Below, one piece after another: positions 22,601-35,459 of a stretch of 64,000 nt of DNA (position 1 is its first letter; the number at the start of each line of letters is the position of its first letter). This DNA comes from Malacoraja senta (Eukaryota). The DNA is taken from contig CM075977.1 of NCBI GenBank assembly GCA_038087875.1, forward strand, positions 360,158,001 through 360,222,000. The letters are read 5' to 3'. The position numbers and the translations under genes were made by a program. Below the pieces are notes generated by a model. The model made no database searches. It was not told where the DNA came from and saw only the letters and a program-made list of their open reading frames with translations.

Positions 22601-25320
22601 CAATTGTTTGCTGAGTACCCATGCGCCATCGTTGATGACATTCTCGTTTACGGACGCGACTTGGCTGAACATGACGCTAACCTGAAGAAGGTATTTGACC
22701 GTGCCAAAGACATTCAGCTCAAACTCAATCCCCTGAAGTGCAAGTTTCGAGTTCCAGACGTTACTTACGTCGGACATGTTTTCACAAGTGATGGTCTCAG
22801 ACCAGACCCGTCAAAGGCTATTAACGAACTGCCGGTTCCTGCTGACGACGTGAGCCTACAAAGGTTCCTTGGAATGGTCAACTACCTGGGAAAATGTATT
22901 CCCAACCTCAGCGACATATCTGCCCCCCTGCGAGAACTGACACACAAGGACGCTGCATGGTCCTGGTATCCACAGCACCAAAGAGCTTTTGACACTCAAA
23001 TTGCAGCTGGCTAGCGCACCTACTCTCGCCTACTTTGCTTTGGAGTTACCAGTAACGCTCACCTGCGATGCGTCCCAGTACGGACTTGGCGTTGTGTGCC
23101 TGCAGACCACCACCAACGGCGATTTCAAGCCCGTTTCATACGCCTCTCGTACAATAACTGACACTGAACAACTTTACGCCCAGATCGAAAAAGAACTGCT
23201 CGCAGTGGTTTTCGCCTGCACGAAATTCAAGGACTTTATTTTTGGGAAGTCTGTGACTATAGAAACTGACCATCAGCCGCTGGTCACTATTTTGAACAAA
23301 CCCATCCATGCTGCCCCAGCACGGCTACAACGAATGATGATGCAACTGCAGCAATTTGATTTTAACATTGTCTATAAGAAAGGCAAAGACATGCACATAG
23401 CAGAAACGCTATCAAGAGCCCCAAGCAAAACCAACGAACAACAACTCTGAACAGGACCAGTTCTCAGTAATGAAGGTATCGTATGTTCAGACTGATTGCT
23501 TGAGCAGCCTAGCAGAACACACGGCTGCTGATGAGACTTTACAATTGCTGTCTGCAGTCATCCAGCGTGGTTGGCCGGATAAACAACACAACATCCCGCT
23601 CACAATCCGCCCATACTTCCTGGTTCGTGACAAATTGATATTACAGGACGGGATTATAGTTAAGGGCCACAAGGCAGTGGTCCCAGCTGTCCTCACGTAT
23701 TCTGTCTGACAACGGCAGACAGTTCACCAGCCAAGCTTTCAAAAACTTTGCAAAACAGTGGGACTTTCGACATATTACCAGCAGCCCTGAGTTCCCGCAG
23801 TCCAATGGACTCGCCGAACGTGCTGTCAGAAGCGCAAAACAACTAATGGAGTGGTCCTACCTTGCAAAATCAGACGTATACCTGGACCTGCTCAACCTAA
23901 GGAACATTGCACAGGATCCCATACTGGGTTCCCCAGCCCAACGACTGATGTCTCACCAAACTCGTGCTCCCCTGCCTGTGTCCCAGCAGCTTTTGCAGCC
24001 ACAAGTCCGTTCCCCGCCTGCAGTCCAGAAACAACTACAATTCAAACGTAACGCACAGAAACGCTTCTTTGACAAATCCAGCAAGCCACTTCAACCTCTC
24101 GCACGGTGACAGGTGGTCCGTCTCCAGACCAACAAGGGCCATGCACGTCTGGGTCACACCTACGGCCTTGCCAAAGAACCAGTGAAGGAACTGCGTCCTG
24201 CGATTCCGCATTCAGATGTCTCGCGTTTCGTATACCCTCCCACGGTCGGTCCCGCGGACCCACTGCCAACTAACGTTTCCACCGCGGCCTCCCCGCGGCG
24301 TTTGGCGAACAGCTCACCTATCTCACCACCCTCCCTGCCTGTTGGGTCCGCCGGTCCTTTCCCCCAATTCCCTCCCCGGTATTTTCTCCGGTGAAAGGAG
24401 GTGAGGCGGATTCGTAACGCACACGGGCCGGGCGGGTTTGCAGGCCACCCATTACATACGCCGATTTTGCGTAATTTTACAAACTTTCCTAAATGTGCTA
24501 TTAACATTCCACCTATATTGCTTAGCCACTGATGCTTCTTTTGTTTCTACAAGGAATTTCATTGTCCTATCTGGGACACATGACAATAAACTCTCTTGAA
24601 TCTTGAAAGATGTAGATTGGCTATTTCATACTAGCCAATTATAGTGCTTATAGTGACTCTGCCTAGTATGTGCTTTATATTATCAAGAGCTTGCCTACGC
24701 TAGTTAGTATTAGTAGCAGCTAGGAAATGTAATGACTGCAGATCCTTGCTGTAATTAGATTTAATAAACATGTGTTGTATCTTTATGTGTGTTCGTGTCA
24801 CCTCATTATGACCCTTATAAGAACCCTGAACTCTCCCAATTTTGAATGACTCCTACTTGTTAGATGTAGATGCTTATGATCTACTTATGCCACGTCCTAT
24901 TTTAGGATATTGAAATCTGTATTGCTCAGATTAGGACCTTAATTTCTACTCCATTTTATCTCTTTCCATAACCCCCATGAACTTATTCTCGAGAAATCTC
25001 ATCCGCTGACACTCCGGCCATTTGCTTGTCTACATTCCATAAGATTACATCCAGTATGCCCCTTCTCCAGTGGGCCCTCTGCTTACTGGTTCAAAACGTT
25101 TTTTTGGATGCACATTAAATATTCAATCCTCTCTAAGCCTCCCCACAAAGTGATCCAAATTAATCCCAGAAGCTGAAATGTTCTACTGGTATAACTGTTA
25201 CCTTTGTACCTTTTTGTGATTTGCCCACTTTTCTGGTTTGTTGACTGCTGCAAGGCTAGTAATAAACTTCCAGCAAAGTGATTGCCCCCTTTTTGTTTAT
25301 GTTCTGTTTGTACATAAATA
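19680..25320 (-). mobile_element. Old degenerate CR1 fragment split by Gypsy B
   Basis: CR1-like pyrimidine-rich sequence on both sides of the Gypsy B TSD; boundaries approximate. Confidence 0.5.
20540..24810 (+). mobile_element. Gypsy LTR retrotransposon B (Mag-like), degenerate, internally deleted
   Basis: LTRs 20540-20743 and 24611-24810; TSD ACCC at 20536-20539 and 24811-24814; PBS TGGTGTCAGA; gag with two Cys/His clusters; VDTGA; RT IVDD; RNase H; integrase N-terminus deleted near 23695. Confidence 0.95.
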
Positions 25321-25934
25321 TATTAGAAATTTAGATGGGCCTAGAGTTGACCCCCAGAGTATGCGAGTCTGCAGATAACACATCAGCTGATAACGACGAC
25401 CTAGTATCACTTAAACAGTGATTTTCTTTTCTCTGAATTTGGGAGAAAATGTTGAAATTAGTTTTGTGATGCAAGGACAATAGAGAGGGGATACAAAGAT
25501 CAAAAAGTAAAGGGCTGGACTGATGGTACAGTGTGAATATGGGAAAAATAAATAACAAAAATATGGGAAAACCACATGTGAGATGGGGGCAAGGACATAG
25601 AGCAAATTAATTAGAGCGAATTTTGTGAATTGGTACACTTTTAAGTTGGTGTTGCTGTAATTTGAAGTGCAGACTGCCGTCCAAGCCCTGGAAAGGCCTA
25701 GCATCCTGGAGATTTATATCTACAAATGTCATGTTTCATCCAGTTTATACATGAATGTTTTTGCAGCTCTAACAGCTCCCAAACTTAGGATAAAATTGGC
25801 CAGTTAGCTGCTGCCTCAAATTCTGTGTGCTCCAATGTGAGTTGTCCCAGTATTTTTGTTGGATTACAGTTTGGAAAAATATAGAGCTACGAGTTAAATT
25901 TGTACATTTAATTGCCATATTGTTAAATTTGCAG

Positions 25935-25991
25935 GATATAGTGGGCGTAGCAGAGGTAGGGAGCAGCAAGATTTTCAGCACAAGGAATGGG
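25935..25991 (+). CDS. UBAP2: UBAP2 coding exon (GYSGRSRGR[G]AARFSAQGMG), apparent 1-nt deletion
   Basis: cag|...|gtaagc; 5' half and 3' half (RFSAQGMG) lie in different frames across GGG at 25959-25961. Confidence 0.88.
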
Positions 25992-27058
25992 GTAAGCATC
26001 TCGCACTGAAGTAGGATTCTGAATTGTTTATAACCTGGATTACTAAAATTGATTATTCTATTTATGTAGACCATTACAACAGAATTGACTTAGCACTTTT
26101 CAAAATGTTTGGTTAGTTCTAGTATAATAATTGTAATTAAAATATCTTACTAATTTTCTATTGGAACTGTAACAGGTGCCTCAAGTTGCAGGCAGACCTC
26201 CATGGGATGCAGGGAAACTGATTAAGGAAAACTAAAGGAGTACTTTGAGTTAAAAACTAGGAAGTGGTATTCAGTATTCTTTTTAACCCTTAGTTTGTTG
26301 CTGTGATTTCTTTCTTGGTTAAATTATATAGATCAAATGAAGTTAGATTCATCATATTGGTTTATGGATGGTTGTTGTTTGGGTGGTGCCGTATTAAAAA
26401 AGGTTAATTTTAGCTGAACATATGACCTGATTAACTTTCGCTGCCTAATTAATGCTTGAGTCCATATCTAGGCTGTACTGAAGTGCTGGTCATTACTGAA
26501 ATAATTCTGGGCCAAACACCGTGAACTCCCAGTTCCCTCCTGTTTTCAAAAATATTCCAAATAGTAAATGCATTTTTAATGCCTGGATATTTGTCAATAT
26601 GTTCGAATCAGTTTGTCCTTTTAAAAAAAATATTCAGCAACATTTCATTACAAACAGTATGAAAGAAAACAGAGAGAACATTCTGGTTCTGTGTAATCTG
26701 CTTTTATTTTCAAATAGTTTGAATGTATTAATTGTTACATCATAGGCATTGAGGATCAGCATGTTAATTTGAGCAATGTGTATTCAGCTTTCTAAGCTGA
26801 AATGAATATATTAAGTTGAAAGACTGGATTTCTTCCCAAACCACCAAGAAATAAATTCAGCCATTTGCATATAACTTAAGACCACAAATTTACATTATTA
26901 GATTTGTACATCTACTTCAGAGAGTATGCTTATCTTGAAGTAAATAATGCCAGTAAATGATTAAACAAAATGGTTACAGAGGATGACCTATAAAATTGGT
27001 TGGAAAACATTTAAATTGTTGAATGATTTTATTCACTTGGTGTGTTTCAAATATACAG

Positions 27059-27153
27059 AATCTTCAACCCTGCAGACTACCCAGATTCAACAACAACTGA
27101 TGGTTTAGGAACAACATCTGAAAATTGGGAGTCTGGTCAAAACAATGGAACGG
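27059..27153 (+). CDS. UBAP2: UBAP2 coding exon (IFNPADYPDS...GQNNGT), phase 2-1
   Basis: Conserved FNPADY motif; cag| acceptor; weak gtagaa donor fits the phase. Confidence 0.9.
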
Positions 27154-27255
27154 GTAGAATAATATTTGTTTAAACATTTTTTACTTCAAATATCACTTAA
27201 TGTTCTGGGTTCTTTGCTGAATTATGTACATTTATTCTTTCTGAATGATTGTCAG

Positions 27256-27308
27256 GTACTTGGCAAAATTCCACAGAGGAGTGGGTCACAGAAGACTGGA
27301 GTGAAGAT
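27256..27308 (+). CDS. UBAP2: UBAP2 coding exon (GTWQNSTEEWVTEDWSED), phase 1-0
   Basis: W-rich EEW.TEDW.ED motif; cag|...|gtaagt. Confidence 0.95.
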
Positions 27309-28261
27309 GTAAGTATAAGCCACGTCCATAAAAATAGTCAATGCCAATGAACATCTCTGCAGCAGATGTGCATCTATTCTGCAGTTTTAAATCGTATTAT
27401 CACAATCAGTGTAAATCTTTTTTTGTTAATATGGTGGTATTGCAGTTTGCACACATTAGTAAAAGGGTTAGTTATGTTTGGCAATCAATCATAGATTTTG
27501 AGTGAATGAATTGGCTTTTTTATTGCATCCAGAAATTGCGTAAGTTCTTTGAGAATGCAATTCTATCTTGTAGCCAGATTTGTGCGGGAGTAAATTTAAA
27601 ATGTGCCATTTGATCCTTTACAGCTGTTGCAAGTATTTTATGATTTGGATTGTCACCAATATAGTCCATTTAGGCACAGCAACACTATCTCTAGGTATTA
27701 AATGACTGCATTACACATGGTATTCAGCCAGTGTATTACTGATCTGTGGCAGAGTTGCCTTTCCAGGGGAATGACAACTAATTAAATAGCATGACACCGT
27801 TTAGTTCCTGCAGTCTTAACTCATTGAATCGGTTTAGTGATTTTAAACTAAAGAATCTATTAATTTATTTTAACTTGTAGACTTGATGTGTGGTTTTCTC
27901 AGCAGTAGATGCATTGTTCTGTAAATATTGCTATAATGAAAGGAAAAGTTAGTTGTAGTAAAGATGTCAGTTTAATATTTTGTGGATAAATTTGAAGGGT
28001 TATTTCAGTGTTTATTTGGTGAGTGTGGCCAAGTTCTCCCAAAGCATGACAAATCATTAGTAATTTGCACTCGGCAGTCTATAATAACAAATTCTGAAAA
28101 CTAATAATTGCATAATTCAAGAAAAATAATTTGGCCTACCTTCCCTAACCTTTAATATTATTGGCTTTCTTGATTGTCTGCTATTTTTATATATTAGCTC
28201 ATTGAGTTCAGCAATCGGATCACCAGATCCCTCTGCTTGTCGGAGCTATGCAATATCTTAC

Positions 28262-29070
28262 CGTTTAGATTTAATATTGTCACGTGTACTGCGGTACAGT
28301 GAAAACCTTAGTTTTGCATGGTATCCAATGAGAACAGATAATACTATACATAACTACAATCATCAAACTCAAGCATAATAATTAATGGGAATATGCAGAG
28401 TGCAGAATGTAGTTCTGAGCCATGTAGTGCACCAATTCCATAGATAAAGTCCAATGTTTGCAATGGGGCAAAGGCGAATTGGACAGTACCCTAGCTGAAA
28501 ATGCGCTGTTCCAATGCCTAATATGAGAAAGGAAGAAGTTGTTCCTGACTCTGGTGCACGCTTTCAAGCTTCTGTATCGTCTGCTCTCTCTGGGAGTGGG
28601 GAGAAGAAGGAATGACTTGGATGGGACAAGTCTCTGATTATTTTGGCTGCTTTTCTAAGGCAGCGTAGACCAAGTCAATGGTGGGGAGTCTGGTCTGTGT
28701 GATGAACTGGGCTAAAACCACAACTCGGCAATTTCTTGCAGTTTTGGAGAGAACTGTTCCCAAACCAACCTGTGATGCAACCTGGCAGTATGGTTTCTAT
28801 GGTGTATCTGTAAGAGTCATTGGAGACATGCCGTTTCTTCTCGGTCTCCCGAGGAAGTAGAGATGTTGATGTGCTTACATGGCTGTCACTTCAGTGTGGT
28901 TGTTCAACAACAGATCATTAGTCATATTAACGCCAAGGAATTTGAAGCACTCAACCATTACTATTTTGGCACCATTGATGCTGATTGGGGCATGCACTCT
29001 ACCACGCTTTGTGAAGTTGATAACTAGCTCATTTTCTTGCTGACATAGAGGGAGTGTTTGATGTAGATAA
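28262..29070 (-). mobile_element. Rex1/Babar-like LINE 3' remnant
   Basis: ELVINF...APISINGA...VECFKFLGVNMTNDL motif; boundaries approximate. Confidence 0.7.
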
Positions 29071-29590
29071 TCCTGTTTTATTATTCTTGCCAACTTGGAC
29101 AATTTTACACATTCCCACATTTTTGCTTTCCCTGATCTTTGCCCTTTGTAATCTCCTCGTATCCTTTTCATACCCAAATTTTCCAGCTCGTGTTGTATCA
29201 TGATTAGTATTACCACTCATGTCTTTAGTCGGTTCATTCAAAACATGCATATAAATTGTAAAACGGTGAGGCTTGAGCACTGAATCTTCTGATGCACTAG
29301 TTATATCTCGACAACCTGAAACGGACCCATTTATGCCCACTTTGCCTGATTACTTTGAGGCCAGGCAACTTGTTTTTCAGTGATGGTAGTGCTATTTCAA
29401 ATGCCTTCGTTGAAATTAGCTCACTCAGTTTAAGCAAGAATTTGAATCCAAAATACTTCTAATCCATGCACTTCATTTAAGTTGGTAGCTAAATTGGCCT
29501 TTTTGGGGTATTTACTTGTTTGTTTTGTAAACCGGCTGACTGATATGAAATTGGCATGCATTATTCTTTTTTACTTGATTTTTTAAGCAG

Positions 29591-29661
29591 CTTGCTGAAA
29601 CAAAGGTTTTCACAGCCTCCACTGTTGCAAGAATGGACAACCAAATTGTGCCTGGATCCAG
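29591..29661 (+). CDS. UBAP2: UBAP2 coding exon (LAETKVFTAS...VPGS), phase 0-2
   Basis: L.ETKVFTAS motif; aagcag|...AG|gtatgg. Confidence 0.95.
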
Positions 29662-30947
29662 GTATGGAATCTAGTCTCTTATTGGCATTGTTTAATTAGT
29701 TAATATGTATATCCCTCAATTTTGGTATTGTGTAAGCTATTTCTGCAGGTATATTTTAAGATGACCGACTGAAATGTAAAATGGGGATGCAATACAAAAT
29801 GGGAATTGATAGTTATGGTCACATATTTCTAGCCGAATGATCTGAATATTATTATGATTTGAAGCAATGTAATGGAAGTACATTTTTTATTGGGAAAAAA
29901 AATGTTTCTTTGACTAAAAAGGTCATTTGCTTTTGAACCCGAATTTAAAACAAAACTGATTCAAGCTGAATACATTCATTTTTTGCTATTCATCTTGTAA
30001 CAATTTTCCGCTGATATATTGGTGGAATTTGGACTAAGTTGATTGTATCCATGTTCAAGCAAAAATCTTTTTGGATAACTTGTTGCATCTGGCTCATTTT
30101 TGAAATTTGTTATGATTCGGAATTGTTCAGGATTATCGCTTCTGAAATAGAGATTTTGAATGATCTTGTTTGTAAGTTTAGATAAAATAAATCCTTGGTA
30201 GTTGCTCATCTAAGGTTAGACTGCAGAAGAATGTTGTCATATGCTCTTGTATGGGTTGCAAAAGAACCTTTTTAATCTACTATTTAATCAATTATATAAT
30301 CAACCCAATGTTTTTGAACATCACAGTAAACCTACAAAAGCATTTCTATTCCAATTATTACTTACTTTTGATAGAATAATTTTTCAATCGTGCCTACCGC
30401 TCGCCTTTCTGCAGTTCAGTTTATCTGTTTCTGTACCAATATAATAGTAATATCATACAGCTTTGCTTCTTATCCACCCTCCTCCCAATATTATGTTTTA
30501 GTTTTCATTTTACTGCATTTTAAAGACAATAGGTTAATTTTGTGTAGCCACTGCTCTTCATTCTTCTCTTTACCTCCTCATCAGCTAATATCTGGAGCCA
30601 TGTCTTGTTTTAACAACAAAATCAAGCAGTCCTGAAGTGTGCCCACTTCCCTTTTGCTTTTTCTTGCTTTTGTCTTTATAGGGCACTATGCTGATTGGCA
30701 TGTGATTGAACAAAAGTTTATACTAAACTTAAGTTGGTTGGTAATATTTTCACATTTTGAAAGTTCTTCCCCTTTTCAAAAAAAAAAGTACTGACTTTCA
30801 TTTTGGATGATCTGTGTCAGGTTTATAAAGTCAGGCTTTAATTAAAAGAAATCTAGAATCTGAAATGTTACAAGTGCTTCCTGAATCCATTTGCAGTCCT
30901 TACAGAACCTGTTAAAAGTTCTGAATATAAACTTATCTTTTTTTAAG

Positions 30948-31131
30948 CACTGATCTAGCAACATTGCTTCAAAAGCCCTCAACTGGTACTGTAACAGAAA
31001 ACAACTCGAGTGAAGCACCCCAGCAGGCAAACCTCTCTCAGTCACTGGTGTTCACAAATTCCCAACATGATGATCCAATTTCATCGGTGGAAGGAAACTC
31101 CAATGCTGTGAATTCCTACACTCAGAATCTG
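30948..31131 (+). CDS. UBAP2: UBAP2 coding exon (TDLATLLQKP...SLVFTNSQH...QNL), phase 2-0
   Basis: DL..LLQKP and LVFTNSQH motifs; aag|...|gtaaac. Confidence 0.93.
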
Positions 31132-33689
31132 GTAAACCAAAAGAAAAGGCAAAATTGCTATACATTTTAATATTTTCTGTGTAAATTAAAACGACTTCTA
31201 AAATGGCATGATAGACTTTTCTGTTGTATGTTCTGTTGGAGTTGTTTTCTCATTCAGAACAGGTCTTCTGCAGCACTTGGGTTTGACCTTCTATATTCTT
31301 CCAATTAGAAAATAAAGTAAAGCATGTTCCCTTGTGTGGAATCTGTACACCATTCCCCTTTATAATTGGAGCAGAATACGGTTTTAATCGTTTTGCATTC
31401 CTAATTGTGGGTGGTTTTCATCCTGTTAGTTTCATCTGATAAGACTTGTAGGTCTATAGCAGAAATATTTATTTTGGTTTTTATCTTCTACTAAGAAACT
31501 AAGGATTCAAAGGTTGCTAATCCTGTGATGCTAATTATCCACTACCGAATTGGTGCAATGACTTTGTCCTGAACCTGGGTAACTTGGAGTAGGCTGCTGT
31601 ATTGGAGAATTATGAGAAGTCGGTCCTGGACGTGAGGAGAGATTGTTCTTGAGGGGCACTTCCTTGATACAAGGTGCTGCATCCTAAGCAAAGGGAACTT
31701 GAGCATCATCATTTTGTCTATTTCATTTGAGTATTTCCCAAGGCATTTGAAGTGGTGATTATCCTGTGTCATTTGGACTAAGGCTTGTGGAAACATATAT
31801 GGTCAATTAGTTTATTCCTGTGAGTATCATTTAGGGTGCTTCAAGCATGCTTCCATTGCTATTTTTAGTTCGTATGTGTTATTGTTAATTAAAATGACCT
31901 GTATTTGATTAAACCCGACTCAGAAAACCAAACAAATGCAAGCACATTCATGTATTTTGTAAGGTGACAACGAAGATAAACTGCATCACCAACACTTTTT
32001 TAGCAGCTAAATATTCAGTCAAGCTTTGGTGCAGTTCATGCTCTTAATTTAAGGTACACTTTTAATGAATATATTAGAATGATTTCAAATTGCCATGCAC
32101 TGGATTTTGAAAGTTGCTGTAGATTGAATCAGATATTTAAGGAGAAAGCTGAAACACAGATTTTCATAGACAGGGAGTAAAATTATAATTATTTGCAAAC
32201 ACTGATGATCATGTCACTTTATTTTGACTTCCAAAGTCACTATTATGTTTTCAAATTGACTAGAATATTTAAGTCATTAAGTGAAATTTGAACTTAATTT
32301 GCTAATGTTGTATTTGGCATTTTTCAAAAAATGAATTATAACATTCTAAGCTCCAGGTGCGAATGTGTAGAGAATTAGTTGAAAAGCTTTGAAAGCTGGA
32401 TTTGTTTGCTGAATTACATCATTGCAGATTATATTAAGAACCAGAAAAATGGCTGTTTACAAGTCAGAATGGAGGACAAAAAGGAGGGAAGGAAATATAT
32501 TTCTGTTGCCGTTTCCTTTATTTCCTCTTGCTGAAAATGTTAGTTTTACTGTATTCTGATTTAGAGTTTGCTGTTTCGTGCATGTGTTCAGTCAGCTTGG
32601 CATTGTGGTTACAGCAATGCCTCCTTCGTCTTTGGGATGAATTAGCCTTTAGTCCACACTAAGCAATTCATGTTCCTTGTTCATAAATTATCTTGCAAAT
32701 GAGTGCCCTTCATTTAGCAGAGGATGCCAATACTTAATTACAAGGGATGTTATATGGGGAAGTAAACACTGCTTTTGGCCCAAATAGGTTTTCTAATCGT
32801 ATTGTAAGAAAGCATTTGGAACAGAAAAGTTCCAAGCTATGTTAGTCGTATTTATAAGCTTTTGGTAAGGAAATGCCGTCGTAGGTTTTAATATTCATTC
32901 AATAGTGTATGTGACTTAATCCTATGACAAAGCAGGAGTCAAAGGGGGATGCACATGCTGGATATGAGGCAAAATATAAGCTGCTGGAGGAACTCATTGG
33001 GTCAAGCAGCATCTTGGTAGGCAGAGATATAGTTGGTGTTCAGGTTAAGACCTGACAAGATGACCTGAAACATCCCTTATCCCTTTGCCTTCGCAGAAGC
33101 TACCTGACCTGTTGAGGTCCTCCAGCATCTTTTTTTTAAACAATGGCAAAGTAATTTATTCCCAACAGGTTAATTTGTGCTGCTCAGATAATCTAACATC
33201 TAATGAGAATGCAGATTATTTGCAGCATTATTGAGATGTTTAAGATAATTATATTTAGCTATTGAGTAATAACATGTATTCATAATAGATTCTAGGCAGC
33301 AAGATATACTTTGAGCATTTGTTATTATTTTATAAATAACACAGTTGTCAATAAGAATTGATTTCCCTAATTACAGGGCTTTTTGATTAGTCTGGCTAAC
33401 TATGTAATGAGATATATATGAGTGATATCTCATTATCTTTGAGCATCCATCATTAATTTTATTATTAAAAACATTCAATGTATTAAGGCTGACTTACCAT
33501 GAAAGCTAAATTGTTACAACAGTTTGCGTTCAACAAGCAATCTTTGCAGTAGATGGCAGAATGTCATCACTGATATTCTGATGACTGTATGGCCAAATTC
33601 CCATTACATACATGACTGTTTGACCAAATGTTGTTCTAACTTACATTTACAAGTATGCAGATGACACTACCTAGGAGCTTAGTCGTCGC

Positions 33690-34640
33690 GTGGTTTCAAA
33701 GCGGTCTCGTCAGCAAAATGAAGCTGGTTATTAACTTCAAGCAGTGGGGTGAAATACATGTAGCAGTCTGCATCGTAGATGCTGAAGTGGAGATGGTGAA
33801 AAGAATCAAGTTCCTAGGCATAAATATCACCAATAATTTGTCCTTGTTGAATCACATTAAAGCTACATCCAAGAAAGCATGCTATTGTCCCTCCTGAAGG
33901 CTAAGGAAATTTTGGCATGTCTAATGGTTCTTACCAATTTCTACAGATACACCATAGAATGTATCCTATGCATTAAGGCTTGGTATGGCAACTGCTTTGC
34001 CGAAGAGTGCAAGAAATTGCAGAGATTTGTGGATGCAGTCCAGTTGATAGCACAGATCAGCTTTGGCCCCCACCCCAATCTACACTTGATGCTGCCTTGA
34101 AGGCAGCCAGCATAATCAAGTAACACTATCACAGATAATTCTCTCTTCACTTTTCCTGATAGGCAAAAGATAAAAAGCTTGAAAACATATTTCAAAGGTC
34201 TTTTATTGTCACATGTACCAATTAAGATACAGTGATATGCGAATTACCATACAGCCATACGAGAGGAAAAAAAGCAACAAGACACACAAATACATAAAAG
34301 TTAACCTAAACATCCACCACAGCGGATTCTCCACATTCCTCACTGTGATGAAAGGCAAAAAAGTCCAAACTTCTTCCTTGCTGTTATCAAACTCTTGAAT
34401 GAACCTTTGTATGCTACGGGTGTATGCCCGATTTACATCACTGCGGCTCTTGCACTTTTTTATTTGAATTTTCTCTGTAGCTGTAATGCTCTTTTCTGCA
34501 CTGTTTTCTCTATTTTTGCACAACCAGTTGTGCTCCTGTATGGTTTAATTGTACTTCTATAATCTGATCTGCCTTGGTAGAATGTAAAACAAAGTTTTTT
34601 CACTGTATCTTGATACACATGTCAATAATAACTCAATTCC
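33690..34640 (+). mobile_element. Rex1/Babar-like LINE 3' remnant with an antisense LINE-tail insert (~34192-34375)
   Basis: KLVINF...EVEMVKRIKFLGINITNNLS...KKA and LTNFYR.TIE motifs. Confidence 0.7.
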
Positions 34641-35224
34641 TTATTCATGTGAAATTCTGAGATTTCCTGAAAGCATTATGTTATATCTGTGGTATATATT
34701 ATTTGTGCTAAAGCATAAAGCAAATACATTGATTTTATTACATTTTATTTGAGTTTCCTGCGGTTTCGTCAAAGTATCTAATAATTTAGATTATTTTTTA
34801 AAATGTTACTGTTTATTCTGTAATAATGCCATCTAAATGTACCTTCAGTTAACTTTTTCAGACATGGTTAACCTTAAAGCTTTGATAACGTGGATTTTTT
34901 TTGCGGTTTCCGAGATTGTGATGGAGTTCAATGGTGCAGTCCAATCTTAATATAGAGAGAAAGTTCAAACTGATGGTATAAGAAGCTATTAAAATACCTA
35001 TTGAAAGAATAGTTAATTGTAGAATTTGCAAATTTTAAGTTGATCCTTTGAATTTAGTTATTAATTCTTAAATTCATGTTGCCAATTTTATTAGAAGCTC
35101 ACAATATATTTTCTTCAGGAGGCAATGTTTTCTATGCATGTGCACGGGTGATCAGACCAGTTGTCTGCCAAAAATACTAATACTAATATTTTAGGCTTCT
35201 GGACATAAATACTTATTTAATTTA

Positions 35225-35459
35225 CATTGAATTCTCCCAACTCTGCTAGCCCTTGCTGTCCCCTCCCCTTCATCAGCCCTCTGGTTGTCTCCTCCCATCC
35301 CCCAGCCCTCGGGCTCCTCCTCCGCCTTTTTTCCTTTTCCCCTTTCTTCTCCCCACCCCCTATCAGTCTGAAGAAGGGTTTCGGCCCGAAACTTTGCCTA
35401 TTTCCTTCGCTCCATAGATGCTGCTGCACCCGCTGAGTTTCTCCAGCATTTTTGTGTAC
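35225..35459 (+). mobile_element. Penelope 3'-end fragment with hammerhead motif
   Basis: CTGAAGAAGGGTTTCGGCCCGAAAC at 35368-35392; TSD CTTATTTAATTTA at 35212-35224 and 35460-35472. Confidence 0.8.
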
